A stretch of DNA of 64,000 nucleotides from Piromyces finnis finn (GCA_002104945.1 MCFH01000008.1:372001-436000), one strand, 5' to 3'. Positions 44,249 to 56,945 are shown, counted from the stretch's first letter. Translations and numbers: made by a program. Notes: generated by a model from the sequence alone, not told the origin.

Positions 44249-46993
44249 TTATTTACAAATACCATAACTGTTTTGACATCCATAACCGCAGTATTTTTCA
44301 GAAGTACCACACCAGCCATGCTCACTACAGCAACCATTATTTGGACATCTACCATATTCTTCACCACATCTACCATCAGTTGAAATTTTTTGATCAGCTA
44401 TAGGAATAGTATTAGAATTTTTGAAACATTCACCAAATTCAGATTGACATCCATTTGAAATCATACAATAATTGTTATCAGTGCCACACCAACCATATTT
44501 ACTACAGCATTTTCCAGAAGGACATTTACCATAACCTTTACCACATTTATCACTAACAACAGCTGGTGTATCTAAATCGGATAAACATCTTCCAAATTCA
44601 GGTTGACAACCTTTTACCAATGAACAATAATCTTGACTATTACCACAATAACCATATTTACTACAGCATGCATCACCTGGACATTTACCATTTGTAGAAC
44701 CACATTTACCATTAGTAGAAATTAAAATTTCTTTGGAGCAAGTACCAAATTTAGATTGACAACCTTCAGAAATGGAACAATGGCTGTTACTAGAGCCACA
44801 CCATCCATATTTACTACAGCATTCACCATTTGGACAACTACCATATTCTTCACCACATCTTCCATCATTGCTTGTTGGTTGAGCAGTTTCAGTGGTTGGG
44901 GTTTCAACAGTAGTAATTGTATCATCAATGCAAGAACCAAATGCAGATTGACAACCCTTTGAAACATTGCAGTGATCTACAGTAACACCACAATGACCAT
45001 ACTTACTGCAGCATTCTCCTGGTGGGCAGGTACCATTTCCATTTCCACATAAACCATTAATACTTTCCTTTTGCTCAGCAGAATCATTACATGGTTCAAA
45101 TGAAATATTTTCTTCGAAGCACTTCATATCTTTAGATTGACAAAGTGAATAACTCTTGTGGTATAAGCATTGTTCGAGATTATCATTTATTAAAGTCTTG
45201 CCTTTAATATTTTTATTTCCTTTCAAATCACTAAAATATTAAAAATTATTATTAATAATATAATAATATATTAGTATTTTTTTTTCCTTTTTTATTTAAT
45301 AAATTAAATATATTATATTATTTGTGCTAATGCATATATAGATAAATAGATAGGAAAACAATGCATACATGTACTTAAGATGAGATAATGAATTAAGTTT
45401 TTCTGGAAGTTCAGCATCAATTTGATTTAAACTTAAATCACTATTTTATATTTACGATAAAAATTTAATGTTAATTTCTCTTAAACATCAATAAAATATA
45501 AAATAAACATTATCTACTCACAGATATTCAAGATTTTGAAGACTAGCTAATTTTTCATCGATAGTACTAATACTATGACCAGTAATAACTCTTTATAGTT
45601 AAATAATATATTTATAATTAGTATTAACTAAAATTTCATATTAGAAATGCAATACATATTAAACTTACAAATTCTTTAATTTGGATAAAGTAAAAACAAA
45701 ATCAGGAATTTCACTTAATTGGTAGCTAGAATGACCATCCATTTCTCTTCACAAATAAAAAAAAAAAAAAAAAGATGTTATTAATTAGTAAATTTTAACT
45801 TTAAATATTATTAAACTATATTAAATATATTAATGTATATGTAAATGTAAATATTACAATGCTATAAGATTATTTAAACTTTTCAAAGAGTCATAATTTA
45901 TATTTGAATATGAACAATAAACAAAATTTCTGTAATTATATTTAATTTATTATATTATGATATATATATTAATTATTTTATTTTATTATCATTTGTTGTT
46001 ATTTTATATCTATAACTACTTACAATTCTTCAAGATTAGTCAATGCTGAAATTTCATTAATGTTATTTTGAGAAATTTCAATTCCACCAAGAGTTCTAAT
46101 TATGAAATTTTAGTTTTATATTTTAGTATATTTTACTTTAATACTTTATAATATTTTTTATAATTGTTAAATAAAATATTAAAATATACTTACAAACTTT
46201 TTAATTCCTTGGAAACTTTCAAAACATCCATGGCAATAGTACCTTTATCAGAATCATTTACTCCTTTGTAAGATAAAGCTCTAAAAAAAATTTTAATTAA
46301 ATAAACGAAATAAATTTTAATAAATAATAATTTTAAAAATGCTTTAATTATAATATTTTTTAATTCTTAAACACATTACAATTCTTTTAAATTTGGTAAA
46401 CTATTAATTGAAATTGGGAAATCTGAATAATTAGTTTTATCACTATTTAAATTAAAAATTCCATAGTATCTAAAACAAAATATTATAATTATGATAATTA
46501 ATATAAATGAATTATTCATTAATAATTAAAATTTATAATCGTTATTATTTTTATTATTTTATTACAGATTAGTGATTGTTTTATAGGATAAAAGTTTTTG
46601 AATAATTTCATCTGATAAATCATAATCAAGAATTTGTCTTTTGATAAATGTAATATATTTAATAGGTATAATAATTAGCATTTATATTTATATCAATATT
46701 TTTTCTTATTGTTTTCTTTATTATTATTTTATTTTGGTTATATAATATTGAATATTTATATTAAATAAAATAGTTCTTTCTTTATTTATGATCATAATGT
46801 TTTTTTCGAATATTTACAGTGTTGTAACTTTTCCTGTATTATCTTCATTACATGAAAGAATAGCTTCATCAAATACTAGATTTTTTTCTTCTAAAAAACT
46901 TTTAATTTCTTCGCAATCTTTGTTGCTTTGAGCTAAAACTTTAGAAATAAGAAAAGATAAACTTATTCCTTTTAATAATGATTTAATATTCAT
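44249..46993 (-). CDS. Secreted LRR protein with five C-terminal CBM18 (hevein) domains; exons 46993-46818, 46637-46566, 46469-46380, 46280-46194, 46095-46024, 45929-45858, 45746-45669, 45590-45522, 45440-45369, 45230-44249 (589 aa)
   Basis: Signal peptide MNIKSLLKGISLSFLISKVLA and Cys N-cap. Eight phase-2 exons of 69-90 nt each encode one LRR. Last exon has five CG..G.C....CCSK/E(Y/H)G(W/Y/H)CG....C...CQ..(F/Y)G.C units. Total 1770 nt, frame intact. Confidence 0.9.
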
Positions 46994-49884
46994 TGTTTTA
47001 TTTTTCACTAAAAATTTCAAAATTAGAGAGAAAAAAAGAAAAGAAAAGAAAAATAATATTTTATTTATAATATTTTATGGATATATAATTAAATATAATT
47101 TTCTATTAAAACTAAAATATATTCTATTATTTTAATATAATGAATCTTAGTGTATAAATGATATAAAAAGATTTCTTTTTAATTTAATGTATATTATATA
47201 ATATAATAATGAAGAATAAAGAATTGTATTTTTAATATATGTTTCGTTATATAAATATTAAATGTAAAAAAATATAATTAAAAATTTTAATTAAAATTGG
47301 AGAACTTTAATTATTAGTAAATTAAGAACTGGAAATACTTTTGCCTATAAAATAAATTACAAATTTTATATATTATTAATATATAACATCTATTTAAATT
47401 TAATTATACATAATATATTAAAATAAATTACAAAGAAATTCATTATAAAGTTAAAAAAGTTTAAAGAATTTATTAATAAGCAATAGCCTTTTCTTTCATT
47501 CATTATTTCACAGTCAAATCGATAAAAGTTGTATGACTTCATGATATAAATAAAATAACGACACCAATAATATCAAGATGAAAATAATAATGGTGTTTAA
47601 CAAAGATAATTAAAACCATAAAGAATTAATATAGAATGAAAATGGTATTTAAAATTTATTAGGAATAAATGAAAAATACTTTAAAAAAAATTAATTAGTC
47701 ATACTTCATAAATTTCTATATTTATTTTTTATTAATTATATAGTATGTATTCACTGTTAATAATAAGATAAGATATGTATTATCAAATAGTAATAATTTT
47801 TTTATAATGATAAAAGAAAAATAAATCTTAATATTTTAAATCTACAAAAGAAAAGAAAAAATTTATATCTTTTTCTTCTTTAGTTTAATTCCTTCGTTTA
47901 TTTCTTTATTAATCTATTAATTTATTTCTTTCTTATATCTTTTTATTTTTCTTATTTCTTTTTTTTTTCTCTTTTTCTTTTTTTTTAATACTAAAATGAG
48001 AATATATTATAATATACATTAATATATTAATGTTTCAATAAATGGCATGTATAGAAACAGCAGAAATCTATTTTAATATAACTATTTTAAGTAATTCTGT
48101 TATACTTTTAATACTTAATAAAAATCAAGAAATGGAATGATTATTAATAATATAAAAATGAGATATACATTTAAGAAAAAAATAAATATCACTCATTTAT
48201 TATTTAAAAAACATAGGCAAAATGTGATAATATTAATAGTTAATATAGTTTTTATATTATACAAATGAAGCATCAATTTTTTAATGTAAATATCTATTTT
48301 TATTTTATATATAAAACTTTTTTTTTTCCATTTAAAAAATTAATATAAAAATTCTGTAGTGGCTTATATACTATTATAATAACTTTATTTTATATTAAGA
48401 ATATTCATTAATCTTTTAAAGAAGAAAAGCAATATATATATATAATCATACATTTAAAAAATAATTATAAATGTAATGTACAAATAAAGTGTTTTCAATT
48501 AAGCTACTCAAAAAAATATTATATATTATTATAAAAATAATAAAACAAATAGTTATACATATCATCTATAAAATGTATTACCTATTTACCTACTTATTTA
48601 ATTATTTCATAAAAACTTCAATTATCTTATTAAAAGGAAATTCTTTTTAATTAACAAGGATACGATACTATTTAAATCTTAGAAATTACTATAGTTGTTA
48701 AATATTAATTAATGAAAAATATAATATAAATGTATAATATTTAATAAATAGCATATAATCAATTTACTATTTAATATGTATATATGTGTTTATATATATA
48801 TATATATATATATTTAGAAATAATAGTATTTACTATTACTGTTATGTTATTATTGTTTATTATTAATAATTAATAATGCTAATAAATGATAATGGGTTAG
48901 ATTATAACCATCATAATTTAGATCAATATATTTTATTCCATTTTTCTGTATCTAGTTTTTATTAAAATTAAAACCATAATAAAAAATAATAATAATTAGT
49001 AAAAGATTATTATAGTTTAAAAGTAAACCAAACAGAATTATGACTGTTCATTATTAATAGTTTAATTACTTTTTTTATATTATTATTAATAAATCTAATA
49101 CAATTATACTTGCTATCACCTTTTTTATATTTTTTATATGTATGATAAAATAAGTAAATGTTTTAATATAATAAAAATACTTTTTAATGACTTAAAATAA
49201 ATTAATTTACATGATTAATAAATAATATTCTTTATTTTTTGAAATGGGGAATTAAAACTTTCGGATTTGTCAAACAATATTATGGGATACATGTCTTTTA
49301 GATTGATTTTTGATAATGAATAAATAATATAACATTATACTGAAATTATATAATTGCATAGTTTTGTATAATTTATCGGTTTTATAATCAAAAGAGAACT
49401 ATTTATTGTTACCAAAATATATTTTATATATAATATATCAAACAATAAATTATTTTAATAACTTACTTTAAATAATTATTTCCCAGAGCCCAGAATAAGA
49501 ATAACATTACCAGTAAAGGTATCATTTCTCTTTTACTCTTTTTTTATTTATTACTATATTCTTTTTCCCATTATTTAAATTCCCATAATTTTGGGAGACA
49601 GTATAAATCATTCCTAGTCTTCTTAAAAAAAAATAAAATATAACTTAAGAAAAAAACAATTTAAAAAAAAATTTTAAAATCTAATATACTTGATGTTGAA
49701 TTAATACTTTAAAAAAAAAAACTAAAGAAATAAATATATTAATATGAATTACTAAATAGTGCCTATTATTTTTCATGCTAACAATTATTTATATCTATAA
49801 TTTGTATATTTTATCACAAACCACAAATTTCAAAGAAAAGAAAAAAAAAACTAATCAAAAATAACCAGGAAATAATATCAAAAA

Positions 49885-49916
<32 letters not shown>

Positions 49917-50065
49917 TAAGAAATTATTACTATTTGCATTTTACCATTGAAATCTGAATCAAAATTTCCTCTCTAATTAATCTTTTCGATATTGATGGTA
50001 TTAATCATTGAATTAAAAATAGTAAAATACAGTAAAATATTTATCAATGAATTTAAAAGGTATTC

Positions 50066-50672
50066 TTTTCTTTTTTTTTTTTTTCTTTTTTTTTTTTTTG
50101 ACGGCATCGAATATTTTTAAACTTTATTATTAATTTAATTAAAATTATAATGCATGTTATAAAAAAAATTAAAAATAAAAAAAAAAAAAAAAAAATATGT
50201 TTCAATAAATGAATAAAAATTGGGTATAATGTATTCTAGTAATCTTAATTAAAGTACTATTATACTAAAATACAATAATTGTATTTGACTTCCAATGGGA
50301 CACCGAGCCAAAGATCAAAATTTTGTCATGGGTCGAAATTATGATCTCCATTGGTTGCGCTGCCTGTCTTACTGTTTCTTCAGCATTGACGCTCTTGGCT
50401 ATTGCTTCAAACCTTTTGAACATTGACCATTGCTGGCCAATAGTAAAAGGCATGATTTTGGTTAGAAGTTCCGCTGTTACCGTCAAGAATGGTGTTCCTT
50501 CGTAAGTGCCAGATTGAATCTGACACTTGCAAAGTTCTCTCCATTCCCTTGAATTGTAATTGATATTATTAAAACTTCTTCCCCCAAAAAGGAATTTAAA
50601 TTTTTTATTTCACCGGGTTATTAAAACTATTACTATTATTAACTAAGTTACTATCTAAATTAGAATTATTAT
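50066..50672 (-). mobile_element. Older 5'-truncated non-LTR retrotransposon (LINE) copy A
   Basis: Interrupted poly(A) (poly-T at 50066-50099), then the same 3' UTR and ORF end as copy B with substitutions and deletions. Degenerate TSD AGGTATTCT (50058) / AGGTACTCT (50673). Confidence 0.85.
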
Positions 50673-50741
50673 AGGTACTCTCATAACTAACTATATATAT
50701 TTTCACCAAATTTTAAACTTTAATTTTAAAATATTTCATTT

Positions 50742-50778
<37 letters not shown>

Positions 50779-51033
50779 CATTTAAAATAAATATTAAAAT
50801 TGTCTTCAAACTAAAATATTTAACTATTTATTGTGTATGAATAATTAAACATACTTTGACTTTACCATAACTTGGACAAAAGATAAAACAATTATTTATT
50901 ATTAATTACTAGAAAAAAAATAAATAGTAGTATTTGATCTCCTGCATAAAAATAATAATTAGTTTGTAGCAAAATAAATACAAAAGCACAAAAGCATTTG
51001 AAAATTCTTTAAAAACTTAATTTTTTTGCGCAG

Positions 51034-51035
<2 letters not shown>

Positions 51036-51077
<42 letters not shown>

Positions 51078-52396
51078 GGCATCAAATATTTTAAACTTTA
51101 TTATTAATTTAATTAAAATTATAATACATGAAATATAAAAATTAAAATAAAATAAAAATAAAAAAATATGTTTAAATAAACACAAATGAATAAAAATTGG
51201 GTATAATGTATTCTAGTAATTTTAATTAAAGTAAGAAAGCCACTATCATACTAAAGTATAATAATTGTATTTGACTTCCAATGGGACACCGAGCCAAAGA
51301 TCAAAATTTTATCATGGGACAAAATTATGATCTCCATTGGTTGCGCTGGCCCTCCTGGCCTGTCTTACTGTTTCTTCAGCATTGACGCTCTTGGATGTTG
51401 CTTCAAACCTTTTGAACATTGACCATTGCTGGCCAATAGCAAAAGGCATGATTTTGGTTAGAAGTTCCGCGGTTACCGTCAAGAATGGTGTTCCTTCATT
51501 AGTACCAGATTGAATCTGACGCTTACAAAGTTCTTTCCATTCCCTTGAATTGTAATTGATATTGTTAAAACTTCTTCCCCCAAGAAGGAATTTAAATATT
51601 TTACTGCACACACTAGAATAATCATACACATTAATATTCACCGGATTATTAGAACTATTACTATCATTAACTAAATTACTATCTAAATTAGAATTATTAT
51701 CTTCACTATTGCTATCATTACTAATATTATTATTTCTATTATTGTTATTATTACTATTGTTACTATTACTATTGTTATTATTACTATTGTTACTATTACT
51801 ATTAATATTATTACTATCTCTACTGATATTATCAATTTCATTATTATTGATAGGACTATTGGAATTACGTTGACTGAAAAAATTTAATAGCTGGACTATG
51901 GAATCATAATGTTTAATACGGATATCTCTAAATGTTGGACAATCTAATAACCAATGTTTAATACTTTGATCTCCACACTTGCAACATGGACAGTAGTTAG
52001 GACAAACTGGATCAACAAATTTGGCAGCTTTGGCAACTCTAGCATCCAACTTGTATCCGCTTCTTGCTTTCAATAGCCAGTAGAAGCCATAGGCAAACTC
52101 TGGGTACTCATAACATAATTTAATAAAATCTTTAGTTTCAATAAACTTATTATCATCATAATATTGCGCTTTGATTGAATTCCCTTTGAGATCTTTCCAA
52201 TAAAAGTTTTTAACTGCTTTAACATCTCCATGTTTCTTTAGTTTTTTATCAAGTGTCCTACTTGATTTGCACCACGTGTATTTTCTAAATTTAGGAATGT
52301 AATTGACAAGGTATGAGATAATACAATTTGAGTTTTTCCATTTGTTAAAACATCTAACCTGAGCTAATGCACATTTGGCTGACAATGGAGGAATAT

Positions 52397-52444
<48 letters not shown>

Positions 52445-52575
52445 GGCATCAAATATTTTAAACTTTATTATTAGGAATATTCAAATCTTTTGAAATAGAG
52501 TATAAAGATATAAACGATACAGCTTTATGAACTCCGGCAACCCATCGTATTCCTTTGTTAACATGCTTCTGTGCA
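51036..52575 (-). mobile_element. 5'-truncated LINE copy B: ORF2 C-terminus with CCHC motif, 3' UTR and 39-nt poly(A)
   Basis: ORF 51312..52400 contains CPCCKCGDQSIKHWLLDC (C-x2-C-x8-H-x4-C). Poly-T at 51036-51074. Perfect TSD TTTTGCGCAGCA(T) at 51024-51035 and 52576-52587. The ORF continues (QKHVNKGIRWVAGVHKAVSFISLYSISKD) beyond the nested insertion. Confidence 0.92.
52401..52472 (-). mobile_element. Ultra-short LINE copy C nested in copy B
   Basis: 41 T plus AACGGCATCAAATATTTTAAACTTTATTATT, identical to the 3' end of copy B. Flanked by TSD (A)GGAATATTCAA at 52389-52400 and 52473-52484. Confidence 0.9.
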
Positions 52576-53114
52576 TTTTGCGCAGCATATTTATTTCCTT
52601 TAAAAAAATATTTTAATATTTAATAATAAACATATATTTAACCAGGTTTTCAAAATTTAAAAAAAAAAAAGGATAAACTTATTTATATCATCCTTCACTT
52701 TCATAACTATTTTACAATTACATTTAACAATATTTTATTATTTAAAATTAATATTGTTTCAATTAATATATGCTACCAAATAATTAATATTTTATATCTT
52801 CAAAATTCACAATAATACATTTTTAAAATGAAATGTAATGGTACTAACTAAACCCTATTCTTATAACTTCCACATCCTATCCAATATTTATACTTTTATT
52901 TTTTTCCTTTCCTAAATTTAACTAAGATAAAATTATTTACTTCCACAAAATTATCTTCATAAATCCAATTGAATATCTACCTTTTTAATAATTTTTATCA
53001 ACAATTTCAAACACTTAAGCTTTTTTTATCATTTCAATTTTATTTGGCCCAATAATTATAAATATTTTATTTATTCAGGTTTTATTATTAAACGTAATTT
53101 TAATTTAATTACAT

Positions 53115-54109
53115 TTAGAATTTTTCGAACTTCTTAGCCTTGTTATCAGCCTTCTTAACCTTAAGAACGTTGAATCTAACAGTCTTAGAAAGTGGTCTAT
53201 AAATAATTTGAAATATATATTAGTATTATTGTATATTATATTATTTTAATTCAATATAAAATTGTATTAATTCGATATTTACCTGCATTGACCGACGGTA
53301 ACAAGATCACCGTTGTTAACACCAATGAAAGCTGGAGAAATGTGAGCTGGAAGGTTCTTGTGACGCTTTTCGTATCTGTTGTACTTTGGAATGAAGTGAA
53401 GGTATTCACGACGGAGAACAAGAGTTCTCTTCATCTTGGTGGAGACAACAACACCAGTAAGAATACGACCACGAATGGAAACGTCACCAGTGAATGGGCA
53501 CTTCTTATCAATGTAGTTACCTTCAATGGCTTCCTTTGGAGTCTTGAAACCAAGACCGACTTCACGGAACCATCTCTTTTCCTTGTTCTTCTTGATCTTG
53601 GAGTTTTGGAAGATACCAATTTGCTTTTGGAAAGCTCTTTCAGTCTTTATAATAAGAAATAATATAAATTAGTTTTAATTCAATTCAAAATATTATCATG
53701 TTGTTGATATCTTATAATGTAATTTTCATAAAATAATATATTATTTTATCCATTATATCCATATTGTATTATTAATTCCAATTATCATAACAATATTTTC
53801 ATCATTTAAATTATACGTATATATTATTGTGTTTTTGTCTAATATTCCAGCTTATTGAATTTATATTATCAATAAATTGTTGGTGTACTTTCGAATATAC
53901 ATAAATCACTTATATAATAATTAGCATAGCTTCGGCCTATATTTATTTAGGATTGACTTCATAATTAGCCCAAGGGCTTATATATAAATAATATAAAGAC
54001 ATATATATAAACTTAAAATAATTAAAAGAACACATCATAAAATATCAACAACATAATATAAAAAATAACAATAATCAATTCATCATTAGATTCTTGCCTG
54101 ATCGGCCAT
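53115..54109 (-). CDS. RPS11: 40S ribosomal protein S11 (uS17); exons 54109-54098, 53644-53283, 53196-53115; intron 1 is GC-AG
   Basis: MADQ|[54 protein letters not shown]|[13 protein letters not shown]. Intron 1 donor reads GCAAGA. Confidence 0.96.
53820..53985 (-). ncRNA. Candidate intron-encoded structured RNA (snoRNA-like) in RPS11 intron 1
   Basis: Relatively GC-rich island in an unusually long (453 nt) intron. Two hairpin-prone halves (CCTA..TAGG; TTATTGA..TCAATAA with flanking ATATTC/GAATAT) are followed by an ACA triplet. No clean C/D boxes; target unconfirmed. Confidence 0.35.
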
Positions 54110-54189
54110 TGTATTCGTTACTACTATAAAAATACTGTAACTTTAAAAAAAGAAAGATTAAATTAGGAACTAGTAATGAAAATCATTTT

Positions 54190-54245
54190 GGTCCATGAGG
54201 GTGAGGCTTAGTTTTCCTAATTTTTTCATTACATATGATTGGCTA
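54190..54245 (-). promoter_or_regulatory. Probable RPS11 core promoter elements (CCAAT box plus GC-rich element)
   Basis: AGCCAATC on the minus strand at 54237-54244 and CCTCACCCTCATGGACC about 100 nt upstream of the ATG, in otherwise very AT-rich DNA. Confidence 0.4.
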
Positions 54246-54604
54246 TATGTAAATATTATATATATAACAATTGAATTTTCTATATAATTTTTTTTGTTAT
54301 GTTATGTATACATTATGTTACGTGATAAATTTTTAAAATTATAATTTTACTTTATGAAAAAGAAAATTTCACAATAAAATATATTACCAAATTTTTTATA
54401 ACATCATTTATATTAATATTATGAAAATTAAAATTATTCATTATTATTATTTTATATTTAAGAATTTTACATAAATATAAATTTATATATTTCCTTTATA
54501 AAAAGAAACATTATAAAATAGCTTATATGTTTAGCAAATTACATAATTTCAATTATATAATTATATATTTATTTATTTATTTATTCATTCATTCATTCAT
54601 TCAT

Positions 54605-54639
<35 letters not shown>

Positions 54640-54898
54640 TTAATGTGTTTGTTTTTTATCTTTGTTTTTTTCGTTTGGTCATTTTACATTCTTTTTATTA
54701 TTATTTCAGATATATTTAAAAGCGTGCTTTACATATAAAAAAAATTATAAAATAACTACAATGATATATTTTTAAATTGTAATTTTACAAAAAAAAAAAA
54801 AAAAAAAAAAGCCTTATTTTTATTATAAGGCTTTTTTCTTATTTATCTTTAGCTTCATTTTATTAATAAAACTAAATAAGATTAGTCATTTTATGTAT

Positions 54899-56625
54899 TC
54901 AGCAGCTAGACTTTATTCCACACCTTTTAAATTATTAATTTTAAATAAATTAATACTTCTAAATTAAATAATAAATATAAATTAATTATAAAATGATAAT
55001 TACCATTCATCATTTTCATATCCCCTATTAATTAGTTTTAATAAATTATAATTTTTTTAAGAAAATAAATATATTAATAAAAATTTATTAATAATCTCTT
55101 TTTTTTTTCCTCGATCTTAAAATAATAAAATTAATAAAATTATTCTATTTTAAAAACTTACCATGCACCATCATTATCAGTGTAGACAACATCACATGAT
55201 TTACAGCAAGAATAGCCTTGTTTACTACCAGTACATGTTTCAGTTGCAGAATTTGATCCACATGAATCTGGAATACCACACCATTCATTATTTTCAACAC
55301 CCCTAAATCATTTATTGTATATAATTAATAACTAAGTATTTTTTTAATTTAATACATACATTTATATCATTTATATACATACCAGGCACCACTTTCATCA
55401 TTTGAAATGGCTTCACATCCCTTACAGCATGGATAACCTTTTTATATTTATAAGTAGAGAAAATGTTTTATTAATATTACACATTATTTATAAAATCCTT
55501 AAATGATGAATATAATAATATTACCAATAGCTTCAGACCAGCAAGCATCTTCATTATTGTTATTTTCATTTTTTTTAATAAGACACCAATCTCCTTTTTC
55601 TAAACCCCAATCACCTTCAGAATCAGTATAAACGATTTCAGCATTTTCAGAAGAACAACATGGATATTCACCACTATAATGATTGAGTTTTTTATGAAAA
55701 AAAATGTCATAAATATATTGGTTAAATACATATTAAAAAAAAAAAAGTTAATGACAACTTACCAGAGAGCAACTTGAGTTGGTGATGATGAAGCAGTAGC
55801 AGTTTTAGTCATTTTTTCTGGATAATAAGTAGTTTGAGAAGTACCAATAGTATAATTATCATCAACATCATACCAAGAACCATCAATAGTTAAACCATCA
55901 ACAACAACAACAACACCATCCCCTTGAGTAACACGAACTTTCATTGGAGTATTTGGAATAGTTCCTTCCCACATATAGTGGAACATATCATCTCTCTTAA
56001 GATGAACCCAATCATTACCATCCCAACGTTCAATAGATGTAACTGGATAACGAGTATTGAAAGCTTGAATACCACCCCAGTAAACAGATGAAGCCATCTT
56101 CCATTTTAATTTAATTGGAGAACCCTCTTCTACTAATGGTGGATAGTCGTACCAAGTTTCAGTACATGGGACGATACTCCAAATAATTTTTACACGACCT
56201 GGGATAAAATCACCAGTTAAAGCTTTCCAAGCTGTGTTACTAAGATCAATATCACCCTTTGGGCATTCACCACAACGATCAACAACACGAACTCTAATAA
56301 CTCTTTCTGGTTTATCAGCTTGAGCTAAAATAAGACAAGAACCACAACCTTGATTAAAAAAAAAAAAAAAAAAAAAATATTGAAAAAAAATTAAATAAGT
56401 TACTATATCAAACAAATTGTAATTTATTTTATTATATATTATTTACCAGCAGAAATATTATATTGTGGTAAATTCATGGCAGCAAACATCATATCTTTGG
56501 TATAAGCTTCAGAATCTGGCATCATACAATAACTAATAAAAAAAAATAAAAATAAAAAATAAAAAACATATAATTATATAAATATATTTTGTTCATATTT
56601 TTGTTTTATATATAAATAAGTAAAA

Positions 56626-56659
<34 letters not shown>

Positions 56660-56945
56660 TAATATATCAAAGTATTTTGTCATGCATATTTCATTATTAT
56701 ATTTAACTGATTATTTACCCCCCGGTTACTGGATCACCATAAGTAGTACCATCTCCAGTATAAGCTGGACCTTCAGTAAAGATATCTCTCCATTCTTCAT
56801 TCCAATTACCTAACCATTTATCCATTTTATCAGCTTCTTTAGAAAAGAATTGTTTGGCTTTTTCGAATTCGACATCCTTTTCGTCAGCAAAAACAAAAGT
56901 AGCTAAAGTTGTTAAAGCGATTGAGAATATTGCCTGCAATTTCAT
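54899..56945 (-). CDS. Cellulosomal expansin-like protein (DPBB + CBM63, EXLX1/YoaJ-like) with three C-terminal fungal dockerins; exons 56945-56719, 56532-56447, 56348-55763, 55673-55525, 55437-55383, 55302-55162, 55024-55004, 54923-54899
   Basis: Signal peptide; GDGTTYG..GG|YC; AG|[21 protein letters not shown]; CBM63-like [14 protein letters not shown]. Dockerins [34 protein letters not shown]|[10 protein letters not shown] and [18 protein letters not shown]|GYENDEW|CGI. Confidence 0.92.

Noticed and set aside
47050-50050. Scattered less-AT-rich patches in long intergenic DNA (also 6700-10800, 12300-15700, 57000-60200)
   Set aside because: I could not assemble spliced frames, terminal repeats or RNA folds by eye; possibly decayed elements, but unsupported.
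50265-50505. ORFs 50265..50486 and 50323..50505
   Set aside because: Frameshifted remnant and antisense of LINE copy A; not independent genes.
53288-53662. 124-aa plus-strand ORF
   Set aside because: Antisense shadow of RPS11 exon 2.
53845-53856. 9-nt complementarity to 18S rRNA read as a SNORD65/snR77-like C/D guide
   Set aside because: No correctly spaced D/D' box and only 9 nt of match, so a specific family call is not supported; kept only as part of a low-confidence candidate.
53925-53940. C-UUCG-G tetraloop hairpin on the plus strand
   Set aside because: Short bulged stem, antisense to RPS11, with no promoter or terminator context; cannot support a separate RNA gene.
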